64,000 nt of DNA from assembly GCF_006345805.1 (NCBI RefSeq), contig NC_043009.1:18352001-18416000 (forward strand), in the 5' to 3' direction. How positions within the stretch are numbered: position 1 is the first letter of the stretch; every line of letters begins with the position of its first letter. The notes beneath the pieces are model-generated. The model was not told where the DNA came from and searched no databases. It saw only the letters and a program-made list of their open reading frames with translations. The stretch is from Octopus sinensis (taxonomy: Eukaryota). Made by a program: the position numbers and the translations under genes. This document shows, piece after piece, positions 38,026 through 51,697 of the stretch.

Positions 38026-38620
38026 TATATATGTTATATCTACTATATAATGTATATTATGTATATATCATATATATGTATATATTATATATATATATAT
38101 ATATATGTATATGTATATATATATTATATATATTATATATATATATATATTATATATAGATATATAATCTATATATAGATTAATATATATGATATTATCT
38201 ATATATAGATATATATATAATATATATCTATATATTAATATATATATATATATATATATCTCTATATATATATATATAGGATATATATATATATATATAT
38301 TATAGTATAATATATATATATATATCATATATATATGTATTATATATTTATATATATATATATATATCTATATATATATAATAATTATATGTATATATAT
38401 ATCTATATTGTATATATTTATATATATATATATATATATAGATATATATCTATATCTATATATATTGGGTGATATATATATATATATATATATTATTATA
38501 TATATAATATATACATATATTATACACACACACATATAAATATAAATATATATACACACACATATAATATATACATTATATATATATTACATACATATAT
38601 ATGATGTCTTGTATGTACAT
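36735..38620. repeat. About 1.9-kb degenerate (TA)n array
   Basis: Directly visible; interruptions may include read or assembly noise. Confidence 0.95.
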
Positions 38621-39729
38621 ATATTAATGTATATATGCATATTTATTTTTTATATTTATATTAAGTAATTGAACTCCACGCATCCATTTCCAAGTAAGTT
38701 TAACTCTCTCTCCCGCTCTCTCTCCATCTCTCTCTCTGTCTCTATATATATATATGTATATATATATATACACATACATACATACACATACATGCATACA
38801 TACATACATACATACATACATACATACATACATACATACATACATACATACATGCATATCGAAGCGACAAGTTGCGCATTTGGCGTGGGAGACTATTTAT
38901 CGAAAATACGATGAATACTATCTCCAGCTTTGAAGCCACAACTATCAATATTGTAAAATAACTGATTAATCTTCAAATGAATTAACTGAGGGAAACTTTT
39001 ATTCACAATCGTAGTGATTTTCGACTGAAACTTGAATTTAGCATTTCTATATTAACACCCGCACGATTTTTACTAAGAAAAAGAAAAAACGTGGATCTTT
39101 TAGTGTGGAATCAAGTACCCTGACCTCCTAATATGCTGCAAATCTCTTATTTTGGTTCGGAAAAAAAGGTAAGGTGAGGGACCGCACTACCCTCCATTCC
39201 GGAATCATTGGAAATTTATTTTTTCGTTGAATGAATTCCGGTGACCTCCTAATATTCTACAAAACTCTTTTAGGGTTCCGAAAAACGGGGTAGGGTGAGG
39301 TGGAAGCCTCGGAAATTTCACCCCACGCCACCCCCATTGATCATTTTACCCGCACGATTTCCACTAAGGGCCATAATTTTGTTGTTATTTAACCTCAAAT
39401 CAACCCTGATACAGCAAATCTATCATGAAAGACATTTCAGCCTTCAGCAAACCGTCTTTTTAGGGACAATCTAGGACATTACGTACAATGGGCGTGCGGT
39501 TTAGGGAATGGGATACTTTGGCTGCTACTTTTAGAGTGTCAAGCGAATAGGTAGAGGCTCTTTCATTGCTTCGACTGCGTGATGATATTTTTTTTACACA
39601 TATATGTTATGAGTAGATCCTGTTCTATGTCACACATTCTACTAGTGACCGAAAGTTCAAAGTGTTTAGTTAAAAAAAAAAAACATAATCAAAATATATG
39701 GCCGTCAAATTGAATAGACCCCCCCCACT

Positions 39730-40068
39730 GTTGGCTATATGAAAAGATTGAAATCATATTGGGACGATCTGCATCCAGAATTAAATCATTTTACTGAGAA
39801 GCAACTACGCCAACAAGCAACATTTGTGGAATATAGAAAGAAGGTTAGTAACTGTAACTTTATTAAGAAATGGAAAATTAACCTTCTTCCCAACTCTATA
39901 AACAAAAACGAAAACGTGAATGATATAAGACAACCACGTGGTTTTGCAGCTGGCAACATTCCAACAGATTCTATAGTGCCTGCCAGCAAAACTACATTAC
40001 TGGCTCAAGTAACTGACCACTGTACTCCTATTATGACTATGGTAGATAGCAGGCACAACCGCAACGAT

Positions 40069-40138
<70 letters not shown>

Positions 40139-42945
40139 CAGGATTATATGACAGTGAAATGTGTCCTTACTGAAATTTTCTAAGAAAAAATAACTGTGGC
40201 TTTGAAGGACTCCTTCGAGGAGAGAATATTCTCTACCCAAGTAAGTGAAAAAAAAACCCCACCAGATTCTGTATTAAAAGCTGTTAACGAAATTGGTGAT
40301 GACTATTTACAACAGTGTGATGAACCCAGATACTGGTAGATTAACACCTCCCAAGAAGCTCTGGCTACTACTGTAAAACAATGCATGAATGATATTCAAG
40401 AAGTAAACAAAACCGAAATAACAAAGAAAGTACCATCATGGGTTTTGAAGACAGAGAAAAAGATAACTGGCTTATGGAAGACCATCAGTCAGGTAATGAT
40501 GCTTATTGCATGAAAACAACCAAATCACAATATGTGCCACCAACAGAAAGTAAAGAAGGAGATAGAAATGATGTTTGGAGGACACTCGCTTGCAAACTGA
40601 TTACCCCCAAGCAGGAGCTAAAAGCTGTCAGTGAAAACCTCCGACATCAGAAGAAATCAACTGAGAGAAGAACAATAAGCAAAAAAAATTCAACCGCAAC
40701 CAAGAAGCAGTATACAGAGACATGAGAGGAGGAGCAGTAAACATTACGAAAGCTCTTTTACAAAAAGTCAGACTCCTTCTGGAGTGAAGAGAAGGAATTT
40801 AACCAAGATGCTCTGTGGCTGGAAGAAATCTGAAAAAGTTATTGCTCTTGTATTACATCCAAGACAAACAACATTGATGGTGAAACTCTTGCAACTGTGA
40901 TTCAGAAACTCCAGAACAGAAAAGTACCTGGAGGACTTGATTGTTGGATATTGGTACAAGAAGCTAACATTTTACCGACCATATCTTATCAATCTGTACC
41001 AGCAAGCTTTTATTGGGAACAGTAGCATACCACACTGGTTAGCTCTGGCAGAGACAAAATTGATCCCCAAATGTAGAACTACCAGCCAATTGCATGCCAG
41101 AACTTAATGTATAAAATATATGTTTAAACCTCTTCCTCCAGGACTATTGTGAAACCAATAACATTAATCACAGCAGAACAAGCAGCTGGGAAGAAGGGAC
41201 TCTGGGGATGTGCCGAGCAATTGTTAATCAACAAAACTGTGATGTCAGAGGTGCGAGAGCATAGACGGAACCTAGTTTCAATGTGGCTGGACTACAAGAA
41301 AGCTTTTGACTCTGTTCCTCACTCATAGATGCTAGAAGCCCTTCAACATAAGGGCTATTCAAGTGAGAATAGTGAGAATAGTCAAAGTCATAGCTGACCT
41401 GACTTCATCGTGGGTCACCATCTTGAAATTAAACAGAAAAAGTGAATTATTATAATCGATAGAATACAGTATTGCAAAGGCATACTCCAAGGAGACAGCC
41501 TCTCTGTGATGTCGTTTATACTTTCATTAAACCCCTTGTCATTCATGTTAAGGAAGTCTGAAGGATATCTCACTGGTTCACAAGGAAACAGAAATGCCAA
41601 AATTACACACTGTTTCTTTGTGGATGACTTAAAATTTTTTGCAAAGAATATGCATGAGATGAAAAAGAGCCTTTGAACTAATTACAACAACCCAAAGGAT
41701 GTAGGATTGGGATTTAGTGAGGATAAATGGTTGTGAAAACGGGAGAACCAGACTAGTAACACCTCCATTAATGATTTGACTGTTTACCGTCTATCTGACG
41801 AGGAATGTTACAGGTATCTAGGAGTGGATGAAAATATAGCTTACAGTGACACCTGTAACAAAACACGTGTCACTAAAGAATATTGCAGTCGAATGAACAA
41901 ATATGGAACTCAGAACTCTCTGTAAAAACAGTGGTTCACAAGGTGTTTGCAGTGCCAGTACTCATACCAACTTCTGGCTTGCTTGATTGGACGCTAAGTG
42001 AGATCCGAGCGATTGATGTGAAAACCTGAAAAATACTAACAAACACGCATAATTTCTACATAAACAGTAATGTAGACTGATCCTACCTAAAACGAAAACA
42101 AGGCGGAAGAGGCTTAACATCGATCCAAAATGTCTTTGAATGTTGCATCACATCCCTTCGGTAACATCTTTTAACCACCAAGAGTCAAAGTGCATCCCTT
42201 GACCGAATTTTCATACATGGGGCTGATAACATCATAAGACTTGGAAGGCAGCTCCTTAAGCAACATTCTTTGTCTGATATCCTAGAATACACGCCCAAAG
42301 AAGTCGCACAACTCTACCGCAACGTATCATCAGCTGAAAGGATGAGCATATAGGAGCAGAAGACCGTGCATGGATATGTTAGTAAAAAGCTCTGAGATGA
42401 TTGTAACATTGAGCATCAAAGCAGTGTATCATGAACCAATAACTGGATTACTAACTCCAACTTTGAAGGCTATGCGTTTGCAATCCAGGAACAGGAAATA
42501 TAAACCAAATACCGGATAGTAAGGGATAGAGATGCAAGAAAAGAAGTAAAATGTGGCAACCGATGCCGAATTTGTGGAGTCCACACTGAAGATATCACCC
42601 ACATTATAAGCAGTTGTCCGAAAATGTCATCACGGTATTATTTACTGATGAGACATGATGTAGCTAGGACACTCTATAATGAAATCCGTCGGAAGGATAA
42701 TCCCGAGGAGAAAGAAATAAGAACCCACAGTATGGCAGAAGCCATAGCCACTAATAATAAAAATGATTACTGGTGGAATATCCCAGTGAAAACCTCGATA
42801 AAATATAAGCACAACAGACCTGATATAATGATTTGGGATAGAGAAGAGAAACTGCGCACAGTTGTGGAAATTAGCTGCCCAGCTGATGTTTACATAAAGC
42901 TGAAGATCAGTGAAAAAGAGAATACCTACGCTGTACTAGGTTAGA
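39730..42945 (+). mobile_element. R4/Dong-like non-LTR retrotransposon (RT, CCHC, restriction-like endonuclease), pseudogenised
   Basis: YMKRLKSYWDDLHPELNHFTEKQLRQQA; NYQPIACQNLMYKIY; MWLDYKKAFDSVPH; GILQGDSLS; FVDDLK; YRYLGVDE; RKQGGRGL; CRICGVHTEDITHIISSC; RPDIMIWD...VEISCP. A (TAG)n tract lies at 40069-40137. Confidence 0.9.
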
Positions 42946-43598
42946 ACTATTGAGTTAGGTTAGATAGAAACAGGCTTTTTCTCTATTGCCAAGAGATCTT
43001 GAAATAAAACTAAACAGTGACATACATGCATATATGGTGGCTGTCCCCTCGTTATCGAGTATGGTCATTGCACGAAGCTTAATCAATGTTGTTATCGTGC
43101 AATGCCTGTGCAAGAAGATTTTTTTAAGTGAGGAAAGGTTGTGCACTGAGTCAATCCCACTCACTAAGCAATAGCAGCCATAATCCGAAAAGAAGAACAA
43201 GTCAACATCATCGGTAACCACTGAGCCGCAGGTTTTATGTCGGAGTTATCCCAGTTACCTGAGTTACCTTCTCCTAGAAGGATGCCCTAACAAAGGCTAG
43301 GAGTCCTTCACTCCCAATGATTTAACCGCGCGATCGGGTATTCAATCCGATTATTACTATGTCCCCGCGCATCTTAAGAGATTTATTGGATGGCCGTTGA
43401 CTCTCAAGAGTTCCTCCACCCTTTGACGAGTTTTGTTTTTCATCCCGCAGGGGGTCCAATAAACACCCTCCTCACCATGCAAGCTTGGTGGGGTTGCCGG
43501 TTTAGTAGCCGACGACCCGACCATGCAACAGGTTGTACTGGGTTACATGTTACCAGTGGCACTCGAAAGTGACCTGACATAACATACATACATACATA

Positions 43599-44867
43599 CA
43601 GGGTGGGGAAGCAAAATTTACAATGAACGTTAAGTTGTTTTTTCTCAGCAGGCACTAAGTCAATTGTTTTGAAACCTAGCATATATTGATGTCATAATCT
43701 TTAACTTTTCCAAGACTTTTGACCATATGAGTAATCAGGAAAGCAAACGTCAAGGAGTGTATTTGCTGAATGCATTCGTCACGCCAAAGGAGATTTCAAG
43801 AATAGTTGGAGTGTCCATAAAGACTGTTTATAATGTAAAGAATTGAATGACTATGAGCAAAACTATTACGAGGAAGTCTGGAAGTGGCGGAATCAACAAA
43901 AAACGTACCAAAGATTTTATTAAAGCTCTCAAATCCCAAATTCTAAAGGATCCAACCAAATCCACGAGAAAAGTGGCAAATGAACTTGAGGTAGACAATA
44001 AGACCATTAGAAATGCAGTAAAATATGATTTGAGGTTAAAATCTTACACAAGAACACCAAAATACTTGTTGACAACAGCTATGAAGGAAAAGAGATTGGA
44101 AAGGTGCAAGAAAATTATTACATGGTTCGAGAAAAAGTCCTCCATTGTAACGATCTTTTCAGATGAAAAGATCTTCACTGTCGATGCTGTTCTGAACCCC
44201 AGAAATGATAGATTTATCGCAAAATCGACAGCTGGGGTTAAAGAAACATTCAAAACAAAACATCCTGCTCAAGTTATAGCTTTTGGTGTTGTGGCTTCCG
44301 ATGGAAAGAAAGTGCGTATAAAATTCTACAGAGCTGATGAAAAGATCAATCTTAATACCTACTACAAGACTCTGAGATACCAGGTATTGCCATGGCTTAA
44401 AGCAAACTACCCAGATGGTAATTATGTATGGACACACGATGGTGCTCCAGCCCACACAGCTAGAAAACTACAAGATTTCTGCAAATCCAGCTTTAGCAAT
44501 TTTTTGGAATCATGTTTATGGCCGCCTCCTAGCCCAGATCTAAACCCTCTGGATTATGCTATTTGGGGCACTTTAGAACATGTTACAAATATAACATCAC
44601 ACAGCAATGTCGACTCTCTTAACGATACTATTAAAGAAGAATGGGAGACTTTGTCTCCTGAATATTTGAGGAACACTTGTACAAGTTTTAGGAAGCGTGT
44701 GAAGGCAGTTATTGAGAAAGAAGGAGGACACATAGAATAAAAACATTTTCTATTATGTAGATTTTCTTGTGGCAAATAAATTCTCATAACTTTCAATAAA
44801 CTAATTGATCATACACTGTCTTTCAATCCCTGCCTCAAAATATTGTAAATTTTGTTTCCCCACCCTG
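43599..44867 (+). mobile_element. Full-length Tc1/mariner DD37D (maT-like) transposon
   Basis: TIRs CAGGGTGGGGAAGCAAAATTTACAAT / ATTGTAAATTTTGTTTCCCCACCCTG, flanked by TA on both sides; 1269 bp. Confidence 0.95.
43727..44740 (+). pseudogene. DD37D transposase with one in-frame stop (TGA at 43844-43846)
   Basis: ATG at 43727 is in frame with the 297-aa ORF at 43847. Catalytic triad FSDEKIF / HDGAPAH / SPDLNPLDY, with 37 residues counted between the second and third D. Confidence 0.9.
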
Positions 44868-44904
44868 TACATACAAACTCACGCACACAGATACACACAT
44901 ACAT

Positions 44905-45065
44905 ACGACGGGCTCTTCTTCGGTTTCCGTCTACCAAATCCACTCACAAAGTTTTGGTGGGTGAGACTATAGCAGAAGATCCTAGGGCAATGTGCCACGC
45001 AGTAAGACTGAACTTAGAACCGTGTGGTTGGGAAGCAAGATTCATACTAGAAAGCTTCGCCTGTG
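44905..45065 (-). mobile_element. SINE family A fragment
   Basis: CTTCGGTTTCCGTCTACCAAATCCACTCACAAAG is the reverse complement of the family A core. Confidence 0.8.
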
Positions 45066-45399
45066 CCTGTATACTGCACAGAAAATAATGCATATGCAAC
45101 TACTCATAGTCTGTGCAGCGGACGTGTAGGTCGTTGTAATCATAAAAATATGTTGCATGGCATAAGCCTCCAAGGACAAAAGCCCCTTGGACAAAGCCCC
45201 CATAGTTAAAGTATGAAAGTGGACAAAAGCCCCTCGGACAAAAGCCCCACGGTTCTCAGACATACTTTTTTTGACAAAAAAAATTGATTATAAATAAATG
45301 ATCAATAAATTTGGAATAATCAAATTTGACATTGATTGTGATTTTGTAATCGCTCACTTATAGTAAGGCTACATTTTATACTCTTTGTTTCCGGTAATG

Positions 45400-45690
45400 G
45401 TCAACACACTGGTTCGCAGTGTTCTTTATGATTAAGTACCAGTTACGCATTGGGGTCAACGTAATCGGCTTAATCCGTTTGTCTGCCCCTGTTTGTCCCC
45501 TCTGTGTTTAGCCCCTTGCGGGTAGTAAAGAAATAGGAATTTTGTCTGAGTTCAAATTCCGCCAAGGTCGACTTTGCCTTTCATCCTTTGGAGGTCGATA
45601 AATTAAGTACTAGTTGCGTACTAGGGTCGATTTAATTGACTGGTCCCCTACCCAATTATTTCGGGCCTTGTGCCTAGAGTAGAAAAGAGT
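45400..45690 (+). mobile_element. SINE family B, 3' two-thirds
   Basis: Matches 62983-63370 (GTCTGAGTTCAAATTCCGCC...CATCCTTTGGAGGTCGATAAATTAAGTAC). Confidence 0.85.
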
Positions 45691-45908
45691 ATGAGAGAGA
45701 AAGAGAGAGAGAGAGAGAGAGGGAGAGGAAGAGAGAGAGAGAGAGAGAGAGGAAAAAACAAAACTATACGAAGTAAAGCTGTGTAGCAAAAGCAGCTGGA
45801 AATCTAAATTTTCGGAAATAGATCAGTGACATAGTTTTGTAAACTTCTTTTTTGTGGGTAAGATAATACATTTTCACATTTAGTTCGATTCTCTTCATCA
45901 CACACACA

Positions 45909-45956
<48 letters not shown>

Positions 45957-46214
45957 GCACACACACGCACACACACACACACACACACACAACAAAGTTG
46001 TATTGTGCGTGTGTGTATGTGTATGCATGTTATATACGTGTGTACTCGATTGCTTCTTTTATGTCGGTTTTATGTTTCCACACGTTTCTGGAAGTGTGTT
46101 CTGTTATTCTACTTATTTATTTTCGATTGAATATATTTTGTTTACTTAAAAATTGGAATTTTGGAAAATAAATTCTTTTTTACAACCGCGATTTCTGTTT
46201 TTGTTTACGTGAGA

Positions 46215-46780
46215 TTATATTTAAAAATATTTGGCTGTTATTTCTAGCACGTGGAGAGAGCTTCTAGGCATAACTTCATGTGCTGGTTGAAAACCACCTA
46301 AAAAAGATTGTAGGGTCAATACATTCGACTAAAAATTCCTCAAGGCGGTGCCCCAGCATGACCGCAGTCCAATGATTGAAATAAGTAAAAAGATTTATAG
46401 AAAAAAAAAACGCAGAATAACCATAAAATATAACCGAGGGGTTTATAAAAAAATTTCAAGAGATTTGACTGTTATTTCTAACATGTATGGAGACCTTCTA
46501 GGCTTAACTTCATACGCTGGTTGAAAATCATTCTAAAAAATTCTGGGGTTGATAGATTCGACTAAAAATTCCATAAGATAGAGGCTCCAGCGTGGCCGCA
46601 ATCTAATGACTGCAACAGGTAAAAAAAAAAAAAGAAAACGAAATATATCACAGAAGTGGTTTTGATCAAACTTTAAAAAAATTTCTAGGTTCCATACAGC
46701 TATCTAAAAATTCTTCAAGCTGGTGCCCCAGCATGGGCGGACGCTGTCTAATAATTGTAACAAGTAATAATAAAAAAAAA
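46215..46780 (+). repeat. Tandem units of about 240 bp ending in a SINE A 3' end
   Basis: TGTTATTTCTA...CTTCTAGGC...GCTGGTTGAAAA...CGACTAAAAATTCC occurs at about 46230 and 46470, with a partial third copy at about 46690. Confidence 0.7.
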
Positions 46781-48234
46781 ATTACCGAAAAATATAACCG
46801 TGGAGCTTTTATCCACCTTCATACTTTAACTATGGGGCTTTTGTCCGAGGGGCTTTCGTCCTGCTTTTGTCCTAGGGGCCTTTTGTCCGGACCCCGTATG
46901 GAATATCGTAAAATAAAAGGAAATAAATTTTGAGGATATTCTAGTCTCCATGTTCTCTTTCGTTATAATCAATGCAAATGTACACTCCAGATAATATGAA
47001 GCAAACACGGTATGACCGATCGGAAGAATTAATAGCGTGAGTGACAACTCCACGTAGACACTAATCGATGCGGTTAGCTGTAACGTGGGACATAACTGAG
47101 AACTACCAGGGTATCCACCCGAGAAAAAAATGTTATGAAAATACGAGAGAATATTCATTGTACCAAAACTGACACAATACAAAGACTATCTCGTTTAGAT
47201 TTCCAGGTACATCGAGTGCAACTCCCATTGGCCAGTCCAAGTGGTCCAGCTATTTCGGAATCTCTGGGCTATAGAAGTGATTGAGTGGCCAGGAGTTGGG
47301 GTGGGTTAATGAATGCACTTTGAGTGAAGGCTGCAAGAAGCTGGGAGAAGAAAGGAGGACATAGAGAGAGAAAGAGAGCGGAAGGTCAGGCATACATTAA
47401 CTGACCTCAACTGATCTCGGTTGTTAACCGGTTTATATTTAAGCTAAGGAAACTTTTCACTCAATCCATATACAAACACACACACGCACATACACACACA
47501 CATACACACACACACACACACACATACACACACGCACACACACACACACATTTTCAGTTTTACTACAGTTGCTTGCAGCATACTGTACTTACAGAGATTA
47601 AATAAATCATATGCATCTTCCTAATCATTAATTGATAAAGCATAATACAATATAGATAAAATGTACACACAATGTATAGTTTTTATATGAGCAGCTATAT
47701 TTACTAAGTATGTATTTGCATATTTCTACTTCGTAAACAAACCGGCCTGTCAGTTAATGTTTTAATATTAAATCTCTACTTTTGCTAATCTTAGCAGCTC
47801 ATCGTAAACTTAAGATTCCGAGAAATGCAGCGAAGTTATTTCAGAACTTTTCCTGTTTCATAGAATTTTCCACGAAATATGACCTCAAAGAGAAAGAAAA
47901 CTTCAGCAGCCCCGTTACATATTCGGTGAAAACAAGTAATTCATCTTGTAATAAAATATACCAATATTTAAACATATATACTTGCTATTTTAATTATCAA
48001 ATATAGGAAACAAAGAATTTTAAAAAAAATATGTAAGTAAATTGGTTATCTAATAAAATGAAGAATAAGAGATTATATTAAACTGAAAAATAAATGCTTC
48101 AATGTATGAATGAAAACATTGCATATATTCTAGTAGCTATGTGCTACTTTATATATGCACATTTCTGCATATTTCCCAATATACTACTAAGTAAACATAC
48201 ACACACACACACACACCACAAACATATATATATA

Positions 48235-48269
<35 letters not shown>

Positions 48270-48332
48270 CGCCTTCGGTGCGAATGGGCTTTTTTGTACG
48301 GCGCCGAGTTTACAATCCTGTAAATAATAATA

Positions 48333-48549
48333 ATGGTATTTTTATATAAGCATAAAGCTTATGGCGATCACCGTGCAATGACTAAGGAAATTAGTCTAAC
48401 GAAGGGGAATATAAGCCCTCAACAGAAAAAAAAGAAGGCCTTCCTATCCACGAAAGCCTTCTTTCTTCTTTTTTGTATGCCCTTTTATTAGACTATTTTC
48501 CTTAGTCATTGTACGGTGATCGCCTTAAGCTTTAAGCTTATATAAAATA

Positions 48550-48553
<4 letters not shown>
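48333..48553. repeat. Fold-back unit with degenerate hammerhead-like 5' half
   Basis: Arms ATGGTATTTTTATATAAGC...TAGTCTAA (48333-48400) and TTAGACTA...ATATAAAATACCAT (48488-48553). The loop starts CTAACGA-A-GGGG...CCC. Confidence 0.75.
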
Positions 48554-48619
<66 letters not shown>

Positions 48620-48621
<2 letters not shown>

Positions 48622-49600
48622 GGCAATTTCTATGTCCAACTAAACGTGGATGTTGTGTTGGACCAGCGAATACCATGCGTCCAAATGAGGACTTCTCATA
48701 TGGATAACTGGTGCATAAAAGCACTTTATTTCGTTGGCAGACGAGAATTGTTTTGGTATATATTTCTATATTTGTATATATTGGAGTGAAGACTGTCCCC
48801 TCTTCGGGACATTTGGAAAAGCGGAGGTTGGAAAAAGTTTGTTGCTCAGATGCGTGGTGGTAGGGAGGGGGGCAGGGGAGGAAGGGGACATGTGTGGACT
48901 GCTGTTGTTATAGCAATCAGTCTGCTTCGTGTAGTTCTTTCCTATTGTTATTGGCTGGTTTCAATTTGTTTATAAGGAGACCTTCTATAATTCTGAGAAT
49001 GCCCCTGTTGCGTTGAGTTGCCTTGATGGAAACTTTGAAATTCCAGATCCGGCACTTCCTAAATTGTTTTTTTTTTCTTTATCGAAGTGCCTGTCTGCAT
49101 ATGCTCCCTTATGCGGATGTGTAGTTTCCTTGAGGTGCTTAAATGTAGGATGCTCTATATTTATTGCAGACTGCCTCGTATACTACATAGGCCCTCAAAC
49201 ATGTGTTGATGTTGTTGATGGGGTCAGTTAGTGACTGTGTACCCCACGGTGCTCTCTGTGGTATTTCTCCTCGAAAGAACTTCCCTCAGAGATGGACCTG
49301 TGTGTACCAACTGTATGTTAAGTCTTTCCCTGGGGATGGTATGTTCGATAGCTGTCATTGTTTTGTCGACGAAGTAGGGCAGCCTAAAGAAGCACTTTTC
49401 TGACTTGCTGTTATGGGCTTTCGACGAAAGAACAACGGCAGCTATCCAACATGCCAAAGGAATTAACATAGTTGGTGCATCCCTGAGGAAAATTCTGTCG
49501 AGGAAAATTACTACAGAGAGCACTGTGAGGTGAGCATTCACCAACTGCTCCATAAATGAGATCAAAAGTCAACAAAATTTAATATTTGTTGTACTTAGCT
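48620..49600 (-). mobile_element. Penelope-like element 3' part (GIY-YIG) with pLTR
   Basis: RLPYFVDKTMTAIEHTIPRERLNIQLVHTGPSLREVLSRR; CLRAYVVYEAVCNKYRASYI; KLHIRIREH; IIEGLLINKLKP. Confidence 0.85.
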
Positions 49601-49768
49601 TTTCTTAACGAAATTGATTGGTTCGATCCTTCTCCCAAAATTCAGAAAAGGCTCTCGTGAATCCTTGTTTAAAAGACTAAATATCTATGGAGCTCATTCG
49701 TTAAATTTATTTATTTATAACATGCGCCGAATTTTAAAGATATATAGCCAACTTCTGTCACTCTCATC

Positions 49769-49805
<37 letters not shown>

Positions 49806-49812
49806 CTCTCCC

Positions 49813-49847
<35 letters not shown>

Positions 49848-50379
49848 CAATCTTTGTATCTTCTTCTACTGCCACCCCACGTTCAGATTTTGCTTTTATG
49901 TCAGTTCCTTTTTCTCTCCTGTATCTGCTTCCCTCACTTTATACCGCCCACTCTGATCCCTATACCACCTTCGTTTCAGCCACACCTCTCATCCGTTACC
50001 TATTTCCACTGTCCTATAGTTGTTCTCTGTAGAGAAGCTACTGACCTCGCTATTTCGGCACAGTACTTGATGACCTAAGCCTTCCGCAATCCAAAACATA
50101 AAAACAGGTCGCAGCAAGTTAGATTTTATTTATATTATGTTTTTCCTTATATTTCTTATTAAGTTACTTCTTTTTCGTATTCTTATATACACCCCGCCCC
50201 GCCGTTCATTCCCGCACTCAGAGGTTAAAGGAAACTTCAGTGTATGTTGCTGTGGATGTGTGTGGATGTGTGGATGTAATATTTATGGGAAAGTTGAGTA
50301 TGTTTGTAATACAGTGACGCGCATAGCTATGTCTGAAAGTGTATATGTACGTTTTCTTTTTGAGTACACGTACATAGGC

Positions 50380-50775
50380 GCAGGAGTGGCTGTGTGGTAA
50401 GTAGCTTGCTAACCAGCCACATGGTTCCGGGTTCAGTCCCACTGCGTAGCATCTTGGGCAAGTGTCTTCTGCTATAGCCCCGGGCCGACCAATGCCTTGT
50501 GAGTGGATTTGGTAGAGGGAAACTGAAAGAAGCCTGTCGTATATATGTATATATATGTATGGGTGTGTGTGTATATGTTTGTGTTTGTCCCCCTAGCATT
50601 GCTTGACAACCAATGCTGGTGTGTTTACGTCCCCGTCACTTAGCGGTTCGGCAAAAGAGACCGATAGAATAAGTACTGGGCTTACAAAGAATAAGTCCCG
50701 GGGTCGATTTGCTCGACTAAAGGCGGTGCTCCAGCATAGCCGCAGTCAAATGACTGAAACAAGTAAAAGAGTAAA
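50380..50775 (+). mobile_element. Full-length tRNA-derived SINE family A (octopus OK/OR-type, by recognition)
   Basis: tRNA-like head (GTGTGGTAAG A-box, GGTTCAGTCCC B-box), internal (TA/TG)n, tail GACTGAAACAAGTAAAAGA. Many copies in the window. Confidence 0.9.
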
Positions 50776-50821
50776 AGAGTATAGACCAGAAATGATATTA
50801 TATATATATATATATATATGA

Positions 50822-50971
50822 TTACCGACCACATGGTTCCGGGTTCGTGGCACCTTGGGTAAGTGTCTTCTACTAAAGCCTCGGGCTGACCAAAGCCTTG
50901 TGAGTGGATTTGGTAGACGGAACCGAAAGAAGCCCATCGTATATATATATATAGAAGAGTAAAGAGAGTAG

Positions 50972-51055
<84 letters not shown>

Positions 51056-51130
51056 GGAATATATATATATATATATATAATATATATATCTTTTATCTTC
51101 TATATATATACGATATACTCATATATAGTA

Positions 51131-51184
<54 letters not shown>

Positions 51185-51195
51185 TATATATTATA

Positions 51196-51252
<57 letters not shown>

Positions 51253-51482
51253 GTATGGTATGTATGTATGGTATGTATGTGTGTATATATGTTTGTGTGT
51301 CTGTGTTTGTCCCCCCAGCATCGCTTAACCGATGCTGGTGTGTTTATGTCCCCGTAACTTAGTGGTTCGGTAAAAGAGACCGATAGAATAAGTACTAGGC
51401 TTACAAAGAATAAGTTCTGGTGTCGATTTGCTCGACGACGGGCGGTGCTCCACATGGCCGCAGTCAAATGACTGAAACAAGA
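50822..51482 (+). mobile_element. SINE family A copy split by expanded (TA)n (5' part 50822-50942, 3' part 51260-51482)
   Basis: Both parts align to 50380-50775. Confidence 0.8.
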
Positions 51483-51492
51483 ATATATATAT

Positions 51493-51536
<44 letters not shown>

Positions 51537-51575
51537 TCGTATATATGTATATACACACACGTATATATATTTATG

Positions 51576-51697
<122 letters not shown>

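Larger units (their letters stand above)
45165..46895. mobile_element. Mutator-like non-autonomous element with repetitive TIRs
   Basis: Inverted ends of about 100 bp built from GGACAAAAGCCCC units around CATAGTTAAAGTATGAA. Flanks GCATGGCATA (45155-45164) and GTATGGAATA (46896-46905) match 8/10 as a possible TSD. Confidence 0.6.

Noticed and set aside
45165-45255. CRISPR-like array (GGACAAAAGCCCC units)
   Set aside because: Eukaryotic context, no unique regular spacers, and an inverted counterpart at 46.8 kb indicates TIR subrepeats.
48790-48825. Hammerhead in the pLTR of the minus-strand PLE (TGTC-CCGAAGA-GG-GGACA)
   Set aside because: No GAAA or stem III, so at best an internally deleted relic.
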